Positions 8,249 to 16,980 of a stretch of 56,049 nt of DNA are shown piece after piece (within the stretch, counting starts at the first letter, position 1; each line of letters begins with the position of its first letter). A program made the position numbers and the translations under genes. Source of the DNA: a virus; the IMG/VR virus record IMGVR_UViG_3300031520_000003, positions 1-56,049 of that record; one strand, 5' to 3'. Below the pieces are notes generated by a model that was not told where the DNA came from, ran no database searches, and worked only from the letters and a program-made list of their open reading frames with translations.

Positions 8249-9061
8249 ATGGCAATCGAGATGTACCGAGAGTCCGAAGGCTTCAGCCAGGCGCAACAAG
8301 AGATGCTCACTGCATCTCTCGACGTGAATGTGATTAAGCATCGCCCAGGGGGAAATGGGAAGATGCTCAAATATATCAAAGGCGACACAGCCATTGATAC
8401 GGCGAATCGCATTTTCGGCTACGGACACTGGGGCTACAAGGTGATCGGGCGTTCTCATGAAGTGATCGAGGATGAGAAAAAGGGACGCATGGAGTTCTAC
8501 ACGGCTGATATAGAATTGTCGGTTGTTGGGGCCGCGTTTCCCTTTCCTGGCGATGGCGTGGGGATCGTCAACGCTCCCTACACCGTCGAGATGCACGAAA
8601 AGGGACGCAAGGAGGCAACCACCGACGCCTTGAAGCGTGCCCTGCGTCACTATGGAGATCAGTTTGGCTTGTGCCTCTATGATGAGGATGATTACGTCGA
8701 GGCTGCCGATGGGACACGTATGCGCGTGGGTGATGTGAAGCCGAATAACGCGCCTGCTGCCAAGCGTGTGGTTGATGCGCACACACAACAGCATCAGCAA
8801 TTGCCATCATCCAATTCTCCTACGCCCAAGCCAGATGACGCAGTAAAAAAGCAACGCCTCAACGCCTTGTATCTGCGTGCTGTAGGCGTTGGGGAGATTG
8901 CGCGTGGAAGCAGTGCGGAAAAGTTTCTTGAGAAAATCAGTGAGATTCTCAAGGTGAAGATCACGGTTTCTGGACATCTCACTTCGTCCCGATTGGATAT
9001 GGTTGAGGCGTACTTGGAGCAATGCGAAAAGAAGAAGCCTCAACTTGAAGTCGTTCGCTAG
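8249..9061 (+). CDS. Rad52/Rad22-family single-strand annealing protein
   Basis: KYIKGDTAIDTANRIFGYGHWGYKV ... KEATTDALKRALRHYGDQFGLCLYD, the typical Rad52-type signature. Confidence 0.8.
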   Translation: MAIEMYRESEGFSQAQQEMLTASLDVNVIKHRPGGNGKMLKYIKGDTAIDTANRIFGYGHWGYKVIGRSHEVIEDEKKGRMEFYTADIELSVVGAAFPFPGDGVGIVNAPYTVEMHEKGRKEATTDALKRALRHYGDQFGLCLYDEDDYVEAADGTRMRVGDVKPNNAPAAKRVVDAHTQQHQQLPSSNSPTPKPDDAVKKQRLNALYLRAVGVGEIARGSSAEKFLEKISEILKVKITVSGHLTSSRLDMVEAYLEQCEKKKPQLEVVR

Positions 9062-9074
9062 GAAGGCGGGACAC

Positions 9075-9389
9075 ATGGCTCTTCAAGAGCAAGACCTGAA
9101 CATCCAGAATTACCGAGCCTCGAAGCCACGGTGCATCTGCGGCCTTGCCGGATGCCCCAACGTGGCTACGGTCTCGTATGTGGCGACACATTTCGCCTAT
9201 TGCGATGACTGTTGGGACAAGTGGTGCCAGATGCGCTGGGAGCAGTACATCTCAATCATGGCAAAGTTTCAGGTGCTTGACCGCATGATTACCGAGGTCC
9301 AGGCCGTGGATCCGTCCTATGTTCCACGGCTGGAGATGCCGGAGTATCTCTTGAGAGTTCCACCCACACGAAAGGACACTCATGGATGA
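9075..9389 (+). CDS. hypothetical Cys-rich protein
   Basis: ATG 9075 is 8 nt after GGAAGG. The ORF is open from 9003 inside the previous gene. Confidence 0.6.
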   Translation: MALQEQDLNIQNYRASKPRCICGLAGCPNVATVSYVATHFAYCDDCWDKWCQMRWEQYISIMAKFQVLDRMITEVQAVDPSYVPRLEMPEYLLRVPPTRKDTHG

Positions 9390-9787
9390 CAAAAACTATT
9401 CGAGAGTATGATGAGAGCAAGACGCATAGTGGGTTAGAGGCTCCCGCCTACTGGCAGATCGTTGAGAGGCGCGATGATGGTATCCTGTGGCGTCGGTTAC
9501 AGGGTGAGCCTATTCAAGTCATCGAGAGCGTTGTCCTCAAGGACGGACAACGCTGGCTCCATGTCTCTGTCTCGAAAGCTCCCAAGCGCAAAATGCCGAC
9601 CTATGAGGATGTGCAAACGGCGCGTATCCTCTTCATTGGAGAGCATCGAGAATGTTATATGATCTTTCCTCCTAAAGATCGCTACGTCAATATCAATCCC
9701 GTCTTGCATCTCTGGACGTGTCTTGATGCCCCTGATGGCGTGCTTCCACATTTTGAAGGCATGCGGGGTGGCGTCTTGCATGTGTAA
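9386..9787 (+). CDS. hypothetical protein
   Basis: ATGA overlap with the upstream gene; 133 aa; WLHVSVSK...LHLW pattern. Confidence 0.65.
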   Translation: MTKTIREYDESKTHSGLEAPAYWQIVERRDDGILWRRLQGEPIQVIESVVLKDGQRWLHVSVSKAPKRKMPTYEDVQTARILFIGEHRECYMIFPPKDRYVNINPVLHLWTCLDAPDGVLPHFEGMRGGVLHV

Positions 9788-9853
9788 TCAATTTTTATTC
9801 GCAACAGGCTGTATCCATCTCCCTACGGCCTGCCATCAGAAGGGGGTATCCCA

Positions 9854-10243
9854 ATGTTTGAAGGCATGGCTGTTCTGATGACAGCCTTCTACACCATCCA
9901 AGGCGACTATTTCGCCACAGTACGCATCAGTGGCGATAATGACCACGGGTTGAATCTCATCGTCCTGCATACGTCAGGTGCCAACACCGATGAGACCAAA
10001 GAATACAATTTCCTCGGTCACGAAGCCTCGCCCAAGATCGAGGTCGAGAACCGCGACATGCTGATTGTCCTCGCCAGGCGCACTGGCATCGTCGTGGCAA
10101 GCCAGGTCTACGAGGTCGATACTGGTGCAGTGCCACAAGGCTACTTGCTCATTCCGCGCGGAGGCTTCAACATCCTGTGTGAGCAAGATGAGCAGATGCG
10201 TGAGAGTGAGCTTTCGCCGGAGAAGGTGGAGGTGCAAGCGTGA
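9854..10243 (+). CDS. hypothetical protein
   Basis: 129-aa ORF with GAAGGGGG upstream of the ATG. Confidence 0.6.
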   Translation: MFEGMAVLMTAFYTIQGDYFATVRISGDNDHGLNLIVLHTSGANTDETKEYNFLGHEASPKIEVENRDMLIVLARRTGIVVASQVYEVDTGAVPQGYLLIPRGGFNILCEQDEQMRESELSPEKVEVQA

Positions 10244-10569
10244 GTCAACAACACACGTTGGGCAGTGCCGCAGAACTGCGCCGTCATCTCGACACGCTCA
10301 AGGCCGAACGCGATGAGGCACGCGACGCACTTCTTGCGGCACAGACAAGGGTTGCGGAGCTAGAGCAGGCTCTCGACCGTGCGACCGCAGCGCCTTCGGA
10401 GAGTATCAAACGGTTACAGCGAGACAACAAGGCGTTGCGGCACCTGGTGCGCGACCTGCATGCCGGATGGATGACTGGCGGTCCTGATCTCTCTTGGCAT
10501 GAATGGAGCGAGATACGAGCAGCGTCAAAAGGGCGTGTTGCTGAACTGTTGGGAGAGGTGCAGCAATGA
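10240..10569 (+). CDS. hypothetical coiled-coil protein
   Basis: 4-nt overlaps with both neighbouring genes. Confidence 0.6.
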   Translation: MSQQHTLGSAAELRRHLDTLKAERDEARDALLAAQTRVAELEQALDRATAAPSESIKRLQRDNKALRHLVRDLHAGWMTGGPDLSWHEWSEIRAASKGRVAELLGEVQQ

Positions 10570-11558
10570 GCGTGTATTACAACGACATTGATCCCTTTTG
10601 CTGTGCTGTCTTGAAAAAGAATATTGAACGTGGTTTGTTGCCAGGAGGATATGTCGATGGACGAGACATCCGAGAAGTACAGGCAAGTGAGCTTGTGGGA
10701 TACCAGCATGTCCATCTCTTTGCAGGGATCGGCGGATTCCCTCTTGCTTTTGAACGAGCAGGATACCCTCAGCATCTCAGAACCATCACAGGCGGGTTTC
10801 CTTGCCAGGATATTAGCAATGCGGGAAAGCAAGCGGGTATCACAGGCGAGAGAAGCGGCCTCTGGAACGAGATGTACCGTCTCATTTGCGATCTACGACC
10901 TGATGACATCGTTGTGGAGAACGTCGGTGCATTGGTTAATCGGGGACTCTCTACCGTACTTGGGAACCTGGCCCAAGCAGGGTATGATGCACAATGGCGT
11001 TGTTTACGAGCTTCAGACTTCGGTGCGCCTCACCAGCGAGAACGCATCTTCATTGTGGCCTACCCCGCGTGCAATGCCTGGCAACTACAGCAAAGTCAAT
11101 GGGAGAATATACGAAACAAGCCTACAATCAATGGCCCGTCGAGGCTTACTTTGGCCCACTCCACAGAGCAGGGATTACAAGAGCGGCGATCATCCCGATT
11201 CACCACGAGCGAAACGCAAGCAGCAGCAGGGATGGACACCGAACCTGAACGATGCCAGGAATGCGACATTGCCACCATCTCAGGAGACCAGAGACGGGAT
11301 AGTCGGTACGTTGAGACGTACCGGCTATCAGGGCAGTCTCAATCCATCCTGGGTCGAGACGCTTCAAGGCTATCCCATTGGCTGGACCGATATAGATGGC
11401 CCGCAGGACCTGGACAGCCTCAACATGAATGGGAGCCACCGCGCGTCATAGGGAAGCAAGCCCATCGGGTCGCACGTCTGAAGGCATTAGGGAATGCTAT
11501 CGTGCCGCAATGCGCGGAGTACATCGCACGCTGCATCATGGCAGGGGAGGGCGTATGA
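10566..11558 (+). CDS. dcm: DNA (cytosine-5)-methyltransferase
   Basis: Motif I LFAGIGG, motif IV GGFPCQDIS, motif VI ENV, motif VIII QRERIF and motif X GNAIVP, in canonical order. Confidence 0.9.
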   Translation: MSVYYNDIDPFCCAVLKKNIERGLLPGGYVDGRDIREVQASELVGYQHVHLFAGIGGFPLAFERAGYPQHLRTITGGFPCQDISNAGKQAGITGERSGLWNEMYRLICDLRPDDIVVENVGALVNRGLSTVLGNLAQAGYDAQWRCLRASDFGAPHQRERIFIVAYPACNAWQLQQSQWENIRNKPTINGPSRLTLAHSTEQGLQERRSSRFTTSETQAAAGMDTEPERCQECDIATISGDQRRDSRYVETYRLSGQSQSILGRDASRLSHWLDRYRWPAGPGQPQHEWEPPRVIGKQAHRVARLKALGNAIVPQCAEYIARCIMAGEGV

Positions 11559-11824
11559 CCACCTCAACCATGCCTCTACCAGGCACAACCGATACGTCTC
11601 CAGACGAGCAACTGAGCAGCCTCGTGCTAGCGGTCCTCGACTGCTATCACGCCTCTGGCCTCCTCATTCCACAAGCGATGCTCCACATGTTGCCATGCGT
11701 CCATGAGGCGTTGCAATCAGAAGAGGAGGCATACATCAACGTGACCTTGAGCCATCTGCGCGTGATCGTGGAGGACTGCGGATTGTGCGAGGAGGCGAGA
11801 GTGAGGGAGGCGATGCAGGTATGA
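11555..11824 (+). CDS. hypothetical protein
   Basis: ATGA overlap with the methyltransferase stop. Confidence 0.55.
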   Translation: MTTSTMPLPGTTDTSPDEQLSSLVLAVLDCYHASGLLIPQAMLHMLPCVHEALQSEEEAYINVTLSHLRVIVEDCGLCEEARVREAMQV

Positions 11825-12045
11825 CTCACGAGCAAGCAACTGCCCTGGTCGCACAGATCGCTATCGAAGCACAACGCATCGAAGCCAGAGTTGTCCCAAT
11901 GCGCAACCGTGGCCGCAAGAAAACGGCAGTCCACTTGCGATGTAAGGCGCTCAACCGCGAGATCGTGATTTGTCAACTCAAGCACTGGGAGTCGATCAAA
12001 GAAGCATGGGAGCTATCGTCACCAGACCCCGTAGCTCGAAGCTAG
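11821..12045 (+). CDS. hypothetical protein
   Basis: ATGA overlap with the upstream stop. Confidence 0.55.
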   Translation: MTHEQATALVAQIAIEAQRIEARVVPMRNRGRKKTAVHLRCKALNREIVICQLKHWESIKEAWELSSPDPVARS

Positions 12046-12159
12046 AGGCTTGTTCCTCACCTTCAAGGGATGCTTGGCTGTATTCAAACATCCTCCAATT
12101 AACTGGTTGAAGTTTGCGTGGCTTCGTGGAACGATTGATACAAAAGGGAGAGAAGCAAA

Positions 12160-12429
12160 ATGGAACACATGTTGACTGAAGAGCAGTACAACGAATTAGC
12201 GCAGTTCTGGCACGAATACATGCTGCTTGGTCCACGTCGTGACGAGATCGGGCTTGATCGGGCCGGGATTGCTCTGAACTTTAGTGAGTGGATCGATGCC
12301 GATGAGGACGAGCCACGCTATGGATTGCCAGAGATCCAAGCGTTCTTTGACGAGAAGGAGCGGCGCGAAGGAACAGCAGTTTCCAATGAAGAGTTGAGTC
12401 AACCAGTGAAAACGGAGAACCGTTTTTAG
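12160..12429 (+). CDS. hypothetical acidic protein
   Basis: 89-aa ORF with AAGGGAGAGAAG upstream. Confidence 0.6.
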   Translation: MEHMLTEEQYNELAQFWHEYMLLGPRRDEIGLDRAGIALNFSEWIDADEDEPRYGLPEIQAFFDEKERREGTAVSNEELSQPVKTENRF

Positions 12430-12493
12430 AAAGGAGAGCACGGCGTTTCTCCCCATTGCGAGAAACAAGGGGTTTCCCGCCGCGCACGAACTG

Positions 12494-12727
12494 ATGAAGA
12501 TCATACACTTGTTGTTGCCTCAATTCCATTTTGCTCACATCACCAAGCGAGGCATGGTTCACGTCTTCTCCGAGCAGAATGGAAGCTGGACCTTCTGTGG
12601 CAAGGCAATGGAGCCAGGTGATCGCATGCCAGAGAGACAGATCGGGCTCTCCCAGGTCTGTGGTCGCTGTCTTGCCAGCGTGCAGACCTTTGAGCGTGGA
12701 CGTATGTATGAGGTGGTTGAGTCGTGA
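12494..12727 (+). CDS. hypothetical protein
   Basis: 77-aa ORF whose stop overlaps the next start. Confidence 0.5.
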   Translation: MKIIHLLLPQFHFAHITKRGMVHVFSEQNGSWTFCGKAMEPGDRMPERQIGLSQVCGRCLASVQTFERGRMYEVVES

Positions 12728-13101
12728 TGCGGTCCTACACTCCCTGCGACTTACCACCTCTTCCACGCCTGCACTGTCCGTTCGAGTGCCGCAAGACGGT
12801 GCAGCGCTATGGCAGCAAGGCTGATCTGTATATCGTCAAAACGCCATGTACGGGCAAGCCTCTGGCAAACGGCTGGTGTGCCTGGCATCAGTCCAGCCAG
12901 GAGCTCCTGGACTGGGGCGCGCAGATCGGCTATCCACGCCTGCAAGTGAACAGTGCGCTCTGGATCACGGGCGGGATCGCCAACTGGGAGGATTACGCTG
13001 TGTGCTATCCTGCAAGTCGGCGAGAGCAGATCACATGGGCAATTGAGAACTATAGCACTTCAGAGAGGAAGCAAGCAAGATATGGACACCGTAACACCTG
13101 A
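12724..13101 (+). CDS. hypothetical Cys-rich protein
   Basis: 125-aa ORF, coupled to the upstream gene. Confidence 0.55.
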   Translation: MMRSYTPCDLPPLPRLHCPFECRKTVQRYGSKADLYIVKTPCTGKPLANGWCAWHQSSQELLDWGAQIGYPRLQVNSALWITGGIANWEDYAVCYPASRREQITWAIENYSTSERKQARYGHRNT

Positions 13102-13489
13102 GATGCACGAAGAGATCAAGGCAATGGTTTTTTTGCTCGACACAGACCTGTCCATCATCGGGAGGAGCGTTGCGCTCCAAAGCTTGATGAGAGAACGCGT
13201 CACGCGCCTGGTCGAGACCTGTATCGCCTTTGCGACAGAGCAGGTGGACCGTGAGCTTGCTGAGGCAGCCGCCAGGGTTGCAGCAGTGGAGCAAGAGCGA
13301 GAAACTGCGCTTGCACAACTCGATCTCTTAGATGATTCGTTAGAACAGGTAGTCACGCTGGTGCGCGATTACCAGCGATTTGTAGAATCCGGACACTATG
13401 CACGCATGAAGGTCTATGCGCCAAAGGAAGCGTACGAACTGAACAAACGTGCTTTTGAACTTCTTGGAGAGGAGAATACACAGGTATGA
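13082..13489 (+). CDS. hypothetical coiled-coil protein
   Basis: ATG 13082 follows GAGAGGAAGC. The ORF is open from 12953. Confidence 0.55.
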   Translation: MDTVTPEMHEEIKAMVFLLDTDLSIIGRSVALQSLMRERVTRLVETCIAFATEQVDRELAEAAARVAAVEQERETALAQLDLLDDSLEQVVTLVRDYQRFVESGHYARMKVYAPKEAYELNKRAFELLGEENTQV

Positions 13490-13671
13490 GTACTGTCCTG
13501 AAGAGTTCTTGCCCAACCTGCAAGAACATGCGAAAGATCGTTGTCTCTCCTCTGATTGTTGATCCCCATAACCTTGTGCCTCTTCTCGAAAAAGAGGACT
13601 GCTCTGAATGTCGATTGAAGAGCATACTGAAGAGTTTGAAGGTCGTGTGTGTGACAAGAGAGGAGCACTGA
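13486..13671 (+). CDS. small Zn-ribbon-like protein
   Basis: CPTC ... CSEC pairs; overlaps both neighbours. Confidence 0.5.
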   Translation: MSTVLKSSCPTCKNMRKIVVSPLIVDPHNLVPLLEKEDCSECRLKSILKSLKVVCVTREEH

Positions 13672-14018
13672 TGAACCAGATCACCGCGCCCATTCGTTTA
13701 CAGGCTCTACGACGAGAGACCGAGCCTATTCCTCGGTCTGCTCGCAACGTGCAAGGCAAGCGTCAACAGGCGCTCATCACGCACAATCCGTATGAGCCGA
13801 CGCTGGTGCTCGTCAAATCGCTCATCAGCCGCTACAGCGAGAAATATGGAGCATTGCCGAGCGTGATCGACCTCTGTGATATGCGCTATTGGACCATCAA
13901 AATCATGTGCTATGACTATTATTACATCAAGCTCGCTGATGGCAGCTATGAACGAATACCCTATCAATTACAGGAGAGAGCGGTGTTTGAAGTCAGAGTG
14001 AGAGGAGTTGCACCATGA
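13671..14018 (+). CDS. hypothetical protein
   Basis: TGATG overlap with the upstream stop, with AGGAG 6 nt upstream. Confidence 0.55.
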   Translation: MNQITAPIRLQALRRETEPIPRSARNVQGKRQQALITHNPYEPTLVLVKSLISRYSEKYGALPSVIDLCDMRYWTIKIMCYDYYYIKLADGSYERIPYQLQERAVFEVRVRGVAP

Positions 14019-14236
14019 ATCCGTGGCTCATTGGACTTGCTTTCGTTGGCGTTCTCTGTCTGCTGTATGGTTGGATCGTCATGATCGTACGCAGAAATCA
14101 TGCTCAGATGATGGCTGAGGTAGAAAGGAAGAATAGGCAGTTGATCCGTGAGCAGTTTCCGGCTTCCGACTATGAAAGCATGTATGAGAACCTGCTCAGT
14201 CATGCAGAAGAGGAGGCGGCGAAACTGCGTGCATAA
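14015..14236 (+). CDS. small single-pass membrane protein
   Basis: N-terminal TM segment LIGLAFVGVLCLLYGWIVMIV. Confidence 0.6.
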   Translation: MNPWLIGLAFVGVLCLLYGWIVMIVRRNHAQMMAEVERKNRQLIREQFPASDYESMYENLLSHAEEEAAKLRA

Positions 14237-15098
14237 TCCGCTTCATTGGCTCTATCAGCAATCGGGAGGGGTACTGCGCTCTGGGTGTGTCTCCTGCTAC
14301 TTGTGCGGCGGCACCTCGACAGAGACACACGCCGTTTCCAAGACGGTAGCCGATACCTTCAATTCCCACTATCTCGCACAGTGTCCCTCATCCTCGTGGG
14401 TGTGCGATGCCTGTGCATGGTATCTCGACAATAGTGGCGTGCATCCCGATTTCCGCAAAATGAGCCTCATCGTCCAACGCGACTCGTGGCAGAATTGGCA
14501 ACGTCCTACCATGAAACACGATGTGACGCAGTGGCTTACCTTTGGCCTTGATGGTGATGCCTACTTGGTTGTTTCGCTCTCCAAAAAGAAACATATCCTG
14601 ATGCAGGCACCGCTCAATGTCTCGTCAAGTCGAGATATAGCTGTTCAAGTCGAGGAAAACGTCGCATTCTTGTCCTTGTGGCAATGGGAAGCGATGGACG
14701 GACCGTTTCTGCGCTTGCTTGCGTTAGGACATGGCAAAGGGGAGATTCTTTCAGGCAATCTCTACGGTCAAACATTACGCAAGCATGGTCAACTCATGGA
14801 AGCGTTGCGGCTCAATCAGGAACTAGAGCCGTACCGCAAGAGTCCACAGATCGAGTTATTGAGTTACGTCACGATTGTGGAAGAAAGGACACAAGACGAT
14901 GATCGAGGAACAGGAACAACAGGCATTTCAGAGAGAGCTAGAACTGAGGCAAGTGGCGTCAGTGCTGCTAGGAGCCGTGTGGAAGAAGATCGACCCCGAG
15001 TACAAGAGCAAGTACCGAGCAGAGATTTGGCGGCAATTCGAGGAGAGGCTCCAGACCTCGGCACGGATTACGCCCAACTTGACCTCTTTTCTCAGTAA
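14229..15098 (+). CDS. csf1: Csf1-like (type IV Cas8-like) large subunit, zinc-finger N-terminus
   Basis: CVSCYLCGG...CPSSSWVCDAC Cys cluster; first gene of a Csf-type cluster. GTG 14229 lies 12 nt after GGAGG (alternative start ATG 14202; ORF open from 14148). Confidence 0.45.
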   Translation: MHNPLHWLYQQSGGVLRSGCVSCYLCGGTSTETHAVSKTVADTFNSHYLAQCPSSSWVCDACAWYLDNSGVHPDFRKMSLIVQRDSWQNWQRPTMKHDVTQWLTFGLDGDAYLVVSLSKKKHILMQAPLNVSSSRDIAVQVEENVAFLSLWQWEAMDGPFLRLLALGHGKGEILSGNLYGQTLRKHGQLMEALRLNQELEPYRKSPQIELLSYVTIVEERTQDDDRGTGTTGISERARTEASGVSAARSRVEEDRPRVQEQVPSRDLAAIRGEAPDLGTDYAQLDLFSQ

Positions 15099-15291
15099 GT
15101 TCTGTACTCTGTTTCAGGTCGCTGAGATTGGGATCGATGCCGATGAACGCCTAGAGGTTGAACGCATCTTAGCAGGCGGGTACGGCAATCCAGACGACAT
15201 TTTGTACGGCTTGCGTCGGGACCCGCAAGTGTGTGTCTTGTTGTTGAGAAATCGGTTAGATGAGGAGAAAGTCAATGCAGGCTACAAGTAG
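14899..15291 (+). CDS. cas11: Cas11-like small subunit (tentative)
   Basis: About 130 aa and helix-type (EEQEQQAFQRELELRQ...), lying between the large subunit and the Cas7-like gene. Overlaps the csf1-like 3' end out of frame. Confidence 0.35.
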   Translation: MIEEQEQQAFQRELELRQVASVLLGAVWKKIDPEYKSKYRAEIWRQFEERLQTSARITPNLTSFLSKFCTLFQVAEIGIDADERLEVERILAGGYGNPDDILYGLRRDPQVCVLLLRNRLDEEKVNAGYK

Positions 15292-16219
15292 TTATCGATT
15301 TGAGGGGATCGCACGCGCTCTGAGTGCGGTCTCGCATCTGGGGGAGAGCACAGGCGGCACCACCGCCATTTTCCGACGCGAGAAAGTCTGTGCAGGTGGG
15401 CGTGTAATCGAGGTGCCTATCCTCTCAGGCAATGCCTTTCGGGGACAACTCAGAGACACGGGTATGCGTTTCATGCTGAGGGAATTAGGTGATCCTCAGC
15501 TTTCCCCTCCTGCGTTCCACTTCCTGACATCGGGAGGCGCACTCACCAAAGACAGTGGACGTGGACTTGACATCGGACAGGCGCGCCGTTTACAAGCGTT
15601 GATTCCACTGGTGGGTGTCTTTGGCGGTGCGTGTGGACGCCAAATCCTTCCAGGCAAACTGCAAGTCGGTAAGTGGTATCCCGTGTGTCAGGAGCTTGTT
15701 GATCTCTTGCCACAGAAGTATCACCAGGAGGACCTGGTGAGCATCTACGACTTGACCGATCTTCACAGCTTTACCCGTACCGATGATGCCAAATCTGAGA
15801 AATGGCAAAAGTTCTTGCCACAAGAGCAGAGAAGCCTGTTAGAGGCTCCCAAGACAAAGACAGCCAAAGATGGGACAGAAGTTGCAGACAAGCCAGGCGT
15901 GGCGCAACAAATGCGCTACTCCCAGGAGGTGCTGATCGCAGGAACGCGCTTCTCCTGTTGGCTTCAACTGCAAGATGTGACCGATCTCGAGTACGAAGCG
16001 TTTGCCTCGGCTCTGATCGAATGGAGTAAGGCTCCCTTTGTCGGGGGACAATCTCGACATGGCTGCGGCGAGGTCGAGTTGCGCTTTGACAACTGGATGA
16101 GCATATCTCCTCTCGCGCGTGATGAGAAAGGGGTCGGATTACCTCTTGGCACGGCGTATCATGACCATTTGCAGACACAGCGTGAAGCTATTCTCGATGC
16201 GCTCAAGGAGATCGCGTGA
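15275..16219 (+). CDS. csf2: Csf2-like Cas7-family RAMP protein
   Basis: VPILSGNAFRGQLRD, LTSGGAL and the C-terminal Gly loop VGGQSRHGCGEV. ATG 15275 follows GAGGAGAAAG. Confidence 0.6.
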   Translation: MQATSSYRFEGIARALSAVSHLGESTGGTTAIFRREKVCAGGRVIEVPILSGNAFRGQLRDTGMRFMLRELGDPQLSPPAFHFLTSGGALTKDSGRGLDIGQARRLQALIPLVGVFGGACGRQILPGKLQVGKWYPVCQELVDLLPQKYHQEDLVSIYDLTDLHSFTRTDDAKSEKWQKFLPQEQRSLLEAPKTKTAKDGTEVADKPGVAQQMRYSQEVLIAGTRFSCWLQLQDVTDLEYEAFASALIEWSKAPFVGGQSRHGCGEVELRFDNWMSISPLARDEKGVGLPLGTAYHDHLQTQREAILDALKEIA

Positions 16220-16980
16220 TGGATCAGCCCATGCGGATTATCGCGTACCTTGCTGGTTCCATTGCGCTCGCCCGTCCTGAAGACCTGGCCCTTGATGGAC
16301 TGCTTGCCTATCAGGTGCTCCGCAAGCATTTCGGCTCTGACTTCTACACGTTGCCAGACCCCAAAGACGTGCTGTACTTTGCCCGCCTCCCACTCGAGAT
16401 GCGTGGTGCTCCTGATGCGTCTGTAGAACGTCTGCAGACGGGCGAGGTCTGGTACCATCGTGGACAGGGCATTGCGGATGAGAGCCTGTGGTACTGGGCG
16501 TGTTCCTCGGCACAAATCGAGGTCAAGGGACGTGACACACAGTATTGGAACAAGCGTTTTGATACGCAGGCATCGCTCTCGGACCGGATTGATTTCGGGG
16601 GGCGTGTCGAGAAAATCTTGATTGAGCAAGGTCGCTACAAAGCCTATCATATGCCCCTTCCTACGCTTGTTACAGACAAGGTGACGTGGTATGCCTATGG
16701 GGATATGGAAGCAGTTGCCGATGTGCTCATTGCGATCGTGGCGATGGGCAAAAAAAGAGTGCAGGGGAACGGACATGTTTTGCGGTGGGAGATCACACCA
16801 ATGGATGAGGATTATTCGCTCTGGCATGATGATCGTCTCATGCGCCCCGTCCCAGGTCCGCTTCTGCGGGGCATACAGTGGGATATTCCGTTCAATCTTC
16901 AGCACAGTGCGTTTCGCGCTCCACAATGGCACGCAGCCAATCAAGCACTGTGCGTGGTTGGAGGCAAGAGGCATGCGTGA
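16219..16980 (+). CDS. csf3: Csf3-like Cas5-family RAMP protein
   Basis: N-terminal LALDGLLAYQV and C-terminal Gly loop GKKRVQGNGHV. TGATG coupling to csf2, with AAGGAG upstream. Confidence 0.5.
   Translation: MDQPMRIIAYLAGSIALARPEDLALDGLLAYQVLRKHFGSDFYTLPDPKDVLYFARLPLEMRGAPDASVERLQTGEVWYHRGQGIADESLWYWACSSAQIEVKGRDTQYWNKRFDTQASLSDRIDFGGRVEKILIEQGRYKAYHMPLPTLVTDKVTWYAYGDMEAVADVLIAIVAMGKKRVQGNGHVLRWEITPMDEDYSLWHDDRLMRPVPGPLLRGIQWDIPFNLQHSAFRAPQWHAANQALCVVGGKRHA

Noticed and set aside
10624-11451. 275-aa alternative-frame ORF inside the C5-methyltransferase gene
   Set aside because: The overlapping frame carries all canonical methyltransferase motifs. The alternative frame has none and looks like a GC-driven open frame.
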